Assembly (NCBI GenBank): GCA_037138135.1
Contig: JBAXIY010000002.1
Span: 1 to 52,216 of the forward strand
Reading direction: 5' to 3'
Length of the DNA: 52,216 bases
Source: Verrucomicrobiia bacterium
Lineage (GTDB): Bacteria > Verrucomicrobiota > Verrucomicrobiia > Limisphaerales > UBA11358
This document shows, piece after piece, positions 35,901-43,612 of this stretch. The notes under the pieces were generated by a model. The model ran no database searches and was not told the origin of the DNA. It saw only the letters and a program-made list of their open reading frames with translations. A program made the translations under genes and the position numbers. How positions within the stretch are numbered: the stretch's first letter is position 1; each line of letters opens with the position of its first letter.

Positions 35901-36414
35901 GGGTGCCGGGCTTGATTAAATAAGTGTCCGCGCCCTTCATGTCCGGCGCATCCTGCTCGGGGGTTTCGGCAAAAATCGTCAGGCGGCGCGACAGATCCTG
36001 ATTGAGAATCAATACATATTTGTGCCCCGCGACCGCAGTAAAGGAGAGTTCTTTGCCGTCGATTTTGTGTTCGACCGCATTGCCCAGTTGGTCGAGTAGC
36101 AACACGTTCTTCAGCGGCAGCGGGTCAGCCATTTGTGAAAGGCGGATGAGCGCACTCGTTTTCGTCTCAAAAGAGACCCAGGATTCGCGAGCCGTCTCGG
36201 CGCCTTCGGCAGTTTCCGCGCCCGGCAGGAAAGTTTTTCTCATCGCGTTCTCTGCGACATAGAAGACAAACGCCTCCCGCCCGTCCACGGTCACGGCAAA
36301 GTCACCACTGCGATCAATGCCCTCCGGCGCTGCATAAATCTTCACCGCTGCCTGCGCGGAAGCACCGAGCAGTAAAGCCCCAGCCAGACACAGAATCGTG
36401 TTTCGTAAATTCAT
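32986..36414 (-). CDS. Secreted protein with two tandem beta-sandwich + right-handed beta-helix modules (clan GH-N, GH28/GH49-like)
   Basis: ATG 36414 gives MNLRNTILCLAGALLLGASAQA; the 37 codons upstream overlap the stop of the upstream gene. The internal duplication shows as LYFAPGLHELG...IYLAPGAYVRG...IFGRGILSGE (aa 184-242) versus IYFAPGYHDIG...IYIPGGAYVAG...IRGRGILSGE (aa 768-872). Module 2 carries GNTD...QDDGTYIKTG, which resembles the GH28 NTD and G/QDD..IKSG signatures. A Pro/Lys-rich linker spans aa 506-600. Confidence 0.6.
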   Translation of the reverse strand: MNLRNTILCLAGALLLGASAQAAVKIYAAPEGIDRSGDFAVTVDGREAFVFYVAENAMRKTFLPGAETAEGAETARESWVSFETKTSALIRLSQMADPLPLKNVLLLDQLGNAVEHKIDGKELSFTAVAGHKYVLILNQDLSRRLTIFAETPEQDAPDMKGADTYLIKPGTPRADYEKTAKKTLYFAPGLHELGDGFPLKPGLQIYLAPGAYVRGFFTCPPDAGSAGASGVKIFGRGILSGENNQTTDGPNNNFLPRPLRFWSNALYLGGFNREPADNQIVEGITIIYPSQQPIIGNGRKTRIENVKVINFEKGFGGICVGSRATVKDCYISTDTRVLTTFGSDTTFSRNLIVGSALDTPFYVGDRILDDLKNITVADSTVIGGWKSLIAIQQAHFGNLNNFNFKNINAIYTGDKAKVSLLDVAVGFSPYRRGDYQGSINGVTVSDIHITALNTSPKILVSAYGFSEQAAARNVSVKKIMVNGAAATFLPEIAQCAYDITLGDKTIKEGTRPEAKAPPRNYPPVPAAKDPAKAYPRSDQDGDQYGRKIAHEIAYPSAQQKADQAFPKTLSAALGNFATGASLKGIRTIAAPPGDFLQTYPVVNDPRMYALHSPDYELSVAQKSSGTPAAIVPVYENIGTLMSTGNRLANPPPMLTEHFANFTHRGPVEVTIRMKARAPAVKDALILPSQLKITPSYAADGRSFSFTLPDSHYLAIIVNGDWLRPLFVFGNPPEAPAPDPADPAVLTINTSDDYKTLENRKQLADYRVIYFAPGYHDIGLFFPIFSDQTIYIPGGAYVAGTILGINRAKAANNAYGTKLITQNKDIFNYAAFKRGYRNAGDYVYMERSNKGASEFLGAIKNFTIRGRGILSGEQMDWFKGQEDVPSYIIQVDRNGQNGILEGLTFTGRHFHSANFFGAPALLANVKTLYGFHGNTDASQWGMVRRNLFSIEQDDGTYIKTGLDIDGWFAWQQNNANVFCFVRTMPTDGDTLGHSLIRNVTVIDGRYGAYGVSNLAGDQYNPMRGGFWLGINNDKNFNNYGYIADIVMQNIYFETIVNPLFQFAPMTGSRYSKMIGVEDITFDNIQVPMGQNWKSIFGVRPEAPDDFMRGIVIRDLMIGGKKITAFDEFARKRSDGRNLEVKLE

Positions 36415-36448
36415 AATATTTCTGAAATAATTGAGTTCAAAATTTGTT

Positions 36449-37978
36449 TTAGCGCTTAACCACAAAGGTCTGATTCGGGCCTTTTCCGACCGCGAATTCC
36501 TTCTTGGTGAAACCGGTGTCCACAACCAACGTGAACGGGGCGCTACTTGAAACTTTGATGTTTACAGGACTATTCGGGGATATCCGGGCATCCGCGACGA
36601 GGTCAACCTCATGGCTATAGTTTTGGCCCCATTTCAATTTTCTAACACCGTTCTGTTCAGTCATCCGAAGGGTCCATTCAATCCGGTTCTCCGGGGCATT
36701 GATTTGAATGCCAATGATGGTTTCGATCAAAGTGGCAATGGGCTGCACCCCGCTCCAGCCCACGAAATCCGGACGGCTTCTTTCACCCGGTTTGCCGGGA
36801 TTTTCCTGATCATAATTTTCCCAAAGGGTGCCGGTCTTGATCCAAGTTGCATACATGCCCTCCAAGCCGTTGATGGCAATCTCCCGGGCCTCATCCACAT
36901 AGCCATACTTATTGAGTCCTTTGATAACCATGGTGTTCATGGGAACCCAAACGGCGCCCCTCCAGTAGAGGCCGCCATCCGCATCGTAACCGGGACTCTT
37001 GCGCCCGAGCGTTGGCACCATGAAAGGCGTTTTGAAGTTGGCTTCGTCAAACAGATGAGACTTCATGCTCGCGGCCTGCGTCACGTCCGCGACTCCTGAA
37101 AGCAAGGCCCAGTAGGAGGCAACCGACCAGGCATTAAAAGGGGTCCGGTTCGTATTGAGATCGGTGTAAAACTGATCCTTCGGCGACCACATGCTTTCAT
37201 TGATGCGCTGCTTCAGGACCGAATATTCTTTATCGAATTTTTCCGCACGCGCGTCATCGCCGATCAACTCGGCAATCTGTTTCAGTTGTCCCGCGACCAT
37301 GGCCTGTTCGCAGGTTGAATCAATGGAAATATCGGCCATCGGGCGATTGTCCATTCCGTTGTGCCAGTCAAAATTCCGGTAGAGGCCGTCGGGTTCGCCA
37401 TAGTTCTGCTTCAGATAGAAATAGAAGCGATCAAGCTTAGGCAGCACTGTAGCGAGCCTGCTTTTGTCGCCGGTGTGCCGGTAATAGTTGAGTTCTCCCA
37501 GGGTGAAAATCGGATTGTGAACTTTGTAGCTGTGCTCGCCGGAGGCATTCCAGACATGAGGAATGCAGCCGTCCGCACGCTGTGCGCTGTAAAACAAATC
37601 ATAACCCGCCATAGGATTCGTGACGGACGGATTGGCATCCTGCACATAGATCCCGAAATGCGAAATCCAGACCGTATCCCACAGCCAAATTTTACCCGGC
37701 TTGAACGCGGTGTCGAAAATTGTCTGCCCCTTATATTTGGTTTTCTTCAGGTCGGCGAAACGCCACGTTTCATAATAGAAATCCACCCACCCGGGGTGGC
37801 CGCCGAGGACCGGCTCGGGCAACGCTGCCCGCCAGTCATCGGGAACCTTCCCCGATTCCCTAAGCAGTCGAGACGACGCCTCTGCGACCGCAGTGCCGTG
37901 AGTCAGAGCGGTTTTTTCTACGGCGCGGCCCAGCGCGTTGGCGAACGCTAAAGCGAGGATGAGGCAGTAGAATTTCAT
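36449..37978 (-). CDS. Secreted six-hairpin glycosidase, GH63/GH37 (MGH1/trehalase-fold)-like
   Basis: Signal peptide MKFYCLILALAFANALGRA. Motifs: WLWDTVWISHFG, DGLYRNFDWHNGMDNRP, WSVASYWALLSG, YWRGAVWVPMNTMVIKGL, LWENYD and FVGWSG, in the order typical of GH63/GH37-like (alpha/alpha)6 enzymes. Confidence 0.55.
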   Translation of the reverse strand: MKFYCLILALAFANALGRAVEKTALTHGTAVAEASSRLLRESGKVPDDWRAALPEPVLGGHPGWVDFYYETWRFADLKKTKYKGQTIFDTAFKPGKIWLWDTVWISHFGIYVQDANPSVTNPMAGYDLFYSAQRADGCIPHVWNASGEHSYKVHNPIFTLGELNYYRHTGDKSRLATVLPKLDRFYFYLKQNYGEPDGLYRNFDWHNGMDNRPMADISIDSTCEQAMVAGQLKQIAELIGDDARAEKFDKEYSVLKQRINESMWSPKDQFYTDLNTNRTPFNAWSVASYWALLSGVADVTQAASMKSHLFDEANFKTPFMVPTLGRKSPGYDADGGLYWRGAVWVPMNTMVIKGLNKYGYVDEAREIAINGLEGMYATWIKTGTLWENYDQENPGKPGERSRPDFVGWSGVQPIATLIETIIGIQINAPENRIEWTLRMTEQNGVRKLKWGQNYSHEVDLVADARISPNSPVNIKVSSSAPFTLVVDTGFTKKEFAVGKGPNQTFVVKR

Positions 37979-37998
37979 TAAGGCATCATCGATTCGGT

Positions 37999-40098
37999 TT
38001 ATTTTCGGAACTCGATCAGCCGAACGGTGTGCGGCGGCATCGAGAGTTTTAACTTACCTGACTCCAGCGGGACCGTTGCCCCGCTCCAGAGATCCACCAA
38101 CCGGTAGTCGCCGGCAGACATTTCCAAATCCGCCAGCGACCAGTTGGTTTCGCTGGCCTCATCAATCCAATTGAATAACCCGAACACCGTGCGGTCGGGT
38201 AGTTCCAGCTTCCAGATCCGGGGAACATCCGCCCCCGAAAAAAGGTCGAGCGGAATCGCGTGCTTGCCGTTCTTCCACACATCGAGCAACGGCTTATGGC
38301 GGTAGAGGTCGAGGCGATCTTTCGGGAGCGATTCGAGGCGGTCGCCGCCAAAGAGGAAACCGCCCATCAGCGCCTGCAGGGTGATATGGCAGCGGGCTTC
38401 TTCCAGCGAATATTGCGGTGAGGCGAAGAACGCGTCGGGATCGCAGATGGCAATGTGATTGTGGATATAATAGTTCTGCGCTGCAGATCGGGCAAAGCGG
38501 ACCAACCCCTTAAAGTCCTTCCCCTCCAGCACGTCTTCGATTGACCCGCTGGTTTTTCCGTAGGTGATGTTGGCGTAGGGTTCGGCTTCGCTTTTGACGC
38601 CCGGATGGTTGATGTCGTTGCCGATGCGGATGGCGTCGTAGCACTCCAGCGCGCCATACAGCCAGCCCATGCTGCGGGTAATCACCAGATTCTTCGGCAG
38701 CGCTGCGCGAATCATGCGCACCGTCTGGTTGTGTGCCTGTAGGCCGGTCATCGTCGGATCATAACGCGGTCCTTCCTCCAAGCTGCCGTAGTGGTGATCC
38801 CACTTCATGAACGTCGGCTTATAGGCTTCCACCAACTGCTTGAACTGGCCGGTCAAAAAGGGCGCGACTTCGGGATTACTGCCGTCGAGATACGCCGTGC
38901 CCACCGTGGTCACCATGTCGTCATCGTTCAGATTGACCTTCTTCTTCTTGTTGTTGCCGTAGGGCGAGAGCAGCCAGTCGGCATGATCTTTCCAATACGG
39001 ATCAGCCGGATTCACCCGGAACGGGCTGATGTGAAGCCCGAACTTCAGACCCATGTCAGTAATCTGGTTGGCCACGTCGCGGATGCCGCGCGGAAAATCT
39101 TCATTGACCACATACGATCCCGGCTGCGTCCACCAGCCGCCGTCGAGTTGGATGTAACGATAGCCGGCATCGTAAAGTTCAGCCTTCATGCATCGCGCGG
39201 CTTTCAGCACATCCTCGGCGGTGACGTAGCGCCCATAGGAATGCCAGGAACTCCAGCCGGGTTCGAGACCGTGCATCGGACGTCCCTGCCGGATGCTTTC
39301 GCCCATGATACGTCCCACTTCGTCCAACACCATCGTTGGACGCCGGTCATCCCAAAATCCAATCATGACCGGGTCCACTTCGACCAACCGGCCCGGATGC
39401 ACGACGATTTCCTCCAGTCCTTTCGGACTCCCGCTGCGCACCGAGAGATTGAGAGTTCCCTCCGAGGCACTGCGCCATTCAAACGACGTTGGCCACAGTT
39501 CGCCCTTCAACGCGGCAAAGGCCAGGGTCTGATTGCCCGCATCGTTCTGGAGAGTCGAAACCCAAAACGCATCGCGCGGATCTTCCTTTTTTGCGGGTTT
39601 AAGCTGGGGCAACTGTGCCAGCGTATAAATCCGGCCATAGTCCGGAGCTTGCAGCGCTTCGACAAACACCGTCCAACCCTTGGTCGGTGCTGACACCGAA
39701 AGATTCTGCGCGTCGCCTTTTTTGGTCAGCACCCGCACGCCGCCCAACTTGAAATCAGCCGATGACTTGAGCGTCGCGGACACGACTGCATACGGCCGGT
39801 TGGTGGCGGTTTCGATGGTCAGAACAAATTCCTGCACGGGGGGCAATCCCGAGCAACGCAACACCTGCCGGCCATTTTCGGAGGACCAGACCCGCTGCGG
39901 AAACGCATCGCCATACACCCACGCACCATTGATCTTCACTGAAAAAGTCGCTTCGGAAATCTGCGCCGCCGCGCCCCAGCCAAGCGAATAGTCCGCGCCG
40001 GCTGGAGTATGTTCAATCGTTGGGACGGCAGCCTGGGTCGAGAGCGCCAGAGCGACAACTGCTAGTGCTGATAGAATACGCGAGATAGGGAATTTCAT
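37999..40098 (-). CDS. Secreted clan GH-D (GH36/GH27-like) alpha-galactosidase-like protein
   Basis: Signal peptide MKFPISRILSALAVVALALSTQA. Motifs: AGYRYIQLDGGWW (melibiase-type D-x-G-W), MGLKFGLHISPF and FMKWDHHY (K-x-D nucleophile-type motif). Confidence 0.6.
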   Translation of the reverse strand: MKFPISRILSALAVVALALSTQAAVPTIEHTPAGADYSLGWGAAAQISEATFSVKINGAWVYGDAFPQRVWSSENGRQVLRCSGLPPVQEFVLTIETATNRPYAVVSATLKSSADFKLGGVRVLTKKGDAQNLSVSAPTKGWTVFVEALQAPDYGRIYTLAQLPQLKPAKKEDPRDAFWVSTLQNDAGNQTLAFAALKGELWPTSFEWRSASEGTLNLSVRSGSPKGLEEIVVHPGRLVEVDPVMIGFWDDRRPTMVLDEVGRIMGESIRQGRPMHGLEPGWSSWHSYGRYVTAEDVLKAARCMKAELYDAGYRYIQLDGGWWTQPGSYVVNEDFPRGIRDVANQITDMGLKFGLHISPFRVNPADPYWKDHADWLLSPYGNNKKKKVNLNDDDMVTTVGTAYLDGSNPEVAPFLTGQFKQLVEAYKPTFMKWDHHYGSLEEGPRYDPTMTGLQAHNQTVRMIRAALPKNLVITRSMGWLYGALECYDAIRIGNDINHPGVKSEAEPYANITYGKTSGSIEDVLEGKDFKGLVRFARSAAQNYYIHNHIAICDPDAFFASPQYSLEEARCHITLQALMGGFLFGGDRLESLPKDRLDLYRHKPLLDVWKNGKHAIPLDLFSGADVPRIWKLELPDRTVFGLFNWIDEASETNWSLADLEMSAGDYRLVDLWSGATVPLESGKLKLSMPPHTVRLIEFRK

Positions 40099-40134
40099 TT
40101 TTTGGTAAAGTTTTTTCGCTGACGGCTTGTCTGC

Positions 40135-41607
40135 TTAGGATGGATTACGCCACGCCTGCTTCATGATGGCTTCAAGCTTCTGAACGACCTCGGGGTTTTC
40201 CGCCGCGACGTTTTTGGATTCGGTGAGGTCGGTTTCCAAGTTGAAGAGTTGAACCTCCAACGATTTGGCGACGGCTGACTTTTTATTGGCGGTAGATTTT
40301 TCAGACTCGTCAGACGGCTCCGCAGAACCGGTGTTGAGGTGAAGGAGTTTCCACGGCCACTGGAGAACGGAGCGCTTGCCCCCTTTCTCGGAGCCATACC
40401 AGAACATATACGGATGTTGCTGCTGCTGATCGTTGTGCCCAAGCAACGTCGGCAGGAACGAAATGCCGTCGCATTCCGCCGTCACCTTGACGCCGACGAG
40501 GTCCGCAGCCGTGGGCAGAAAATCCTGAAAGCCGCTGACGTGTTCGCTGACAGTGCCCGGCTTGATCTTCCCGGGCCAGCACACGATGAACGGTTCGCGC
40601 ACGCCGCCCTCGGTGAGATCGCGCTTGATGCCATTGAGTCCCCCACTGCTCTGGAAAAATGTGGGGTTATGTCCGCCTTCCTTATGCGGGCCGTTATCGC
40701 TGGAGAACATGACAATGGTATTCTCATCCAGCCCCAGCTGCTTCAGCTTCGCCATCACCGCGCCCACTTCGCGGTCCACAAACTTCATGGCGCTGGCGAA
40801 ACCCTTTTCCACATCGGGCCAGTCGCGCGCGGCGAACTCGCCATAGCTGGGCGTTTCCATGCCATGGCCAAGCGGCGAGGTCTCATCCGCCTCGTTGTTC
40901 GCGTGCGGAAGATTGAGCGTGTAGTAGAGGAAGAATGGTTGGCTCTTGTCCTTCGCGCGCTCATCGAGATAGCGCTGCACATCTTCAGCGAGAAGTTGTG
41001 GCGCCCATTGCTTCCGGCCATCGGACGTGGCCACGCCGGTGCCGGGCTTGTTTTCCGAGCCGGGGATGAGCTGGTTGTCCAACGTCACCTTCGCGCCGTT
41101 GCGAATGAGGTAGGTGGGAAAGGTGTTGTGCGCGTGCGCGGTGTCCAAGTAGCCAAAGAAATAATCGAAGCCTTTCTTCTGCGGATCATCCAGCGGGAGC
41201 GGCATACCGAGGCCGTATTTTCCGATGCACGCCGTTTGATAGCCCGCATCCTTGAGCAGTCGCGCCACGGTGAGATCCGTGTCCGGGATGGAGGCGGGGC
41301 CGTTGGCTCGCACGCGACAGTGACCGGTGTCCAAACCGGTAATGAGCACGCAACGCGAGGGAGCGCAGACGGCCGCGCCCGCGTAGTGCCGCGTGAATTT
41401 CATGCCCTCGCTCGCCAACTTGTCCACGTTCGGGGTGAACAAGGTCTTTTGCCCATAACAGCCGAAATCGCCATAGCCCGCGTCGTCAACGAGGATGTAA
41501 ACGATGTTGGGTTTGGCGGATGACTTCGCAGACTCCGCAGCGCGCAGCGTCGTCAGCGGAGCGAGCAGCAGGACGACTAGGGGCAGGATAAGTTGACGAG
41601 TTTTCAT
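40135..41607 (-). CDS. S1 (Cys-type) sulfatase
   Basis: Signal peptide MKTRQLILPLVVLLLAPLTTLRAAES. Motifs: NIVYILVDDAGYGDFGCYG, CAPSRCVLITG and GKYGLG. Paralogue of 5931..7376. Confidence 0.92.
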   Translation of the reverse strand: MKTRQLILPLVVLLLAPLTTLRAAESAKSSAKPNIVYILVDDAGYGDFGCYGQKTLFTPNVDKLASEGMKFTRHYAGAAVCAPSRCVLITGLDTGHCRVRANGPASIPDTDLTVARLLKDAGYQTACIGKYGLGMPLPLDDPQKKGFDYFFGYLDTAHAHNTFPTYLIRNGAKVTLDNQLIPGSENKPGTGVATSDGRKQWAPQLLAEDVQRYLDERAKDKSQPFFLYYTLNLPHANNEADETSPLGHGMETPSYGEFAARDWPDVEKGFASAMKFVDREVGAVMAKLKQLGLDENTIVMFSSDNGPHKEGGHNPTFFQSSGGLNGIKRDLTEGGVREPFIVCWPGKIKPGTVSEHVSGFQDFLPTAADLVGVKVTAECDGISFLPTLLGHNDQQQQHPYMFWYGSEKGGKRSVLQWPWKLLHLNTGSAEPSDESEKSTANKKSAVAKSLEVQLFNLETDLTESKNVAAENPEVVQKLEAIMKQAWRNPS

Positions 41608-41661
41608 GGCTGGTTTTTTCAGTGGACTTGTGTCTTCACCAATAAATTCTCATCAGCTAAA

Positions 41662-43569
41662 TTAGTTTAATTTGGCAGTGACATCTGATTTATTCTTTTT
41701 GCCTTTTTTGACCTTATCGCCCTTACCGCCATTCCCATATTTGGTGCCTTTCTCATAACCGGGGAAGGCACGGACTTCGGCGGGCGGGCGCAAGGCTGGC
41801 ACTTCCGCTTCTCCGCGGTGAACTTCGATGAGGCTAAAGATGTCGTCCTTGTCATCCGCATTCACCAGCGCCAAGTCAGCGCCTTTGGTTCCACCATGCC
41901 GGAAGACCGCGTCTGGCAGGGTGACGGCCTCGTGGTGCCATTTCTTGTCGCCTTGGCCGGTCACTGTCAGTCCTGTTTTCATGGTCGCAGCACCGGCATC
42001 GTATTCCAGTTTCCAAGTCGAACCTGCCTGTCCGTCATACCACACGACAGTGATCGACATAACTTTGGGCGTGGCGTCTGCGGAAAAGCCGTCATGCAGC
42101 TTGAAATACATCGCGTCCTTGCCAGAAGCGTGCTCGAAGCCGCGCGCAAAGCGCGAATAGATGGAAGATGTCTTGGTGATGGGTCCGCCCACGCGCCACA
42201 GCGGGATGGAGGTGGCATCGGCATCGATCTGGGTGAGCAACCGGGAGTAGTTATCTGCCCAAATGTCCCAGCCCACATCATTGAATCCGGCTTGATCGCC
42301 CCGTTGTTGGACCTGCCCCATTGTTAGGGCGGCTTTATCGTCCACACGGGCGCCATACTTTGAATATGCGCCGCAGATCTTCAGCATGCGATCCACGTTT
42401 CCGTGGGCGGCACTCCCGAACTTTGCTTCCGGATAAGCCTTGGTATCCGCAGCATCCAATCCTTTGTGCAAAGCACAGAACGCATCGGTGGCGGTCGCCG
42501 GATAAATCTGTCCGGCATACTTGTTGAAGAAATAGAAGGAATAGTCAAAGCCCTGTTCCTTGCTCACCTCCATGGCGCCCTTGGTGACGTCCCAGATGCT
42601 CTGGCCCGAATTCAGGGCATTGATTGCCCCCCAGTAGAAGCCGAGCGGGACATTGAGCTGATAACACGGTCGCGTCCAAGTTTGATCCATCTCCGACCGG
42701 GCAAAGACCGTGAGCTCTTTGGGATCAACCAAGTAGCGTTGCCAAATGTTCACCGTTGACCGCTCGCCACTCAAATGATGTCCGCGCGATAGGGCCCCGA
42801 CTTTACTGCCAAAGCCGCCGGTGATGTGGCTGGTCACCCATTTCCATTCTTCCGAGTTCTTACCTTCGCCTTCATTTTCCCCATCACCGGAAACACTGCC
42901 AAACAACAGGCTGATTTTCGGCTCCACTTGATCGAAAAGTTTCGCATACAACGCGAAGGTCTCGAGGCGAAAGGTGCGCCATTCCGGTGAACTTCTGGGC
43001 AAGTCGTATTTGGCGTTCAGCGCCTTGCCTTTGTAGGGAGTCTCATCACCGGTGCAGCCCGTTTTGACCTGTATAAAGGCTATGCGCTCCTGCCAGTCCT
43101 TCGGATAGCTGCGGATGTGTTTGGCAACTTCGGTGATGAACCGTTGGTAATACATTTTGTATTCGGCAGAGAGGTAGTAAGGGTAGTAAGGAAATTTGTC
43201 CTGATGCCTTTTGTCATCCGTCACCACCTTGGGGACACCTTTCGTGTAAACCCAATCCGGCGTTTTCGGACCGGCCTCAAATGCGAGGTAAATCGATTCT
43301 TTATTTTTTACCACATTCGCCATCGCCGCATCCATCGCGCTCCAGTCATAGACCCCCGGCTGTTTCTCCACTGAATTCCAATTGGCGTCGCAGCCCGTTC
43401 CCCTCACATAAGGATACACTTTGGGATCCATGGTTTCTCCCCGATCCCACACGCCGAAGGAACTGGGGAGCGGAGCGGCGTGGATTGTAGATAATGAGCT
43501 GGTGCCAATGAGACCGATGAGGCTGAGCGTTCTGGCGAAGCCTGTGAACTTGTGGTGAAGGAGCTTCAT
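41662..43569 (-). CDS. Secreted GH-A-like barrel + beta-sandwich protein with Lys-rich tail (closest paralogue of 2404..4299)
   Basis: Signal/anchor MKLLHHKFTGFARTLSLIGLIGTSSLSTIHA. Motifs: WNSVEKQPGVYDWSAMDAAM, EAGPKTPDWVY, IQVKTGCTGDETPYKG and GFEHASGKDAMYFKLH...IEVHRGE. The tail is GGKGDKVKKGKKNK. Confidence 0.55.
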   Translation of the reverse strand: MKLLHHKFTGFARTLSLIGLIGTSSLSTIHAAPLPSSFGVWDRGETMDPKVYPYVRGTGCDANWNSVEKQPGVYDWSAMDAAMANVVKNKESIYLAFEAGPKTPDWVYTKGVPKVVTDDKRHQDKFPYYPYYLSAEYKMYYQRFITEVAKHIRSYPKDWQERIAFIQVKTGCTGDETPYKGKALNAKYDLPRSSPEWRTFRLETFALYAKLFDQVEPKISLLFGSVSGDGENEGEGKNSEEWKWVTSHITGGFGSKVGALSRGHHLSGERSTVNIWQRYLVDPKELTVFARSEMDQTWTRPCYQLNVPLGFYWGAINALNSGQSIWDVTKGAMEVSKEQGFDYSFYFFNKYAGQIYPATATDAFCALHKGLDAADTKAYPEAKFGSAAHGNVDRMLKICGAYSKYGARVDDKAALTMGQVQQRGDQAGFNDVGWDIWADNYSRLLTQIDADATSIPLWRVGGPITKTSSIYSRFARGFEHASGKDAMYFKLHDGFSADATPKVMSITVVWYDGQAGSTWKLEYDAGAATMKTGLTVTGQGDKKWHHEAVTLPDAVFRHGGTKGADLALVNADDKDDIFSLIEVHRGEAEVPALRPPAEVRAFPGYEKGTKYGNGGKGDKVKKGKKNKSDVTAKLN

Positions 43570-43612
43570 AATAGTGTTAAAAGTGTTGGTTGCTTTCGTG
43601 TTTCGTCATTGG

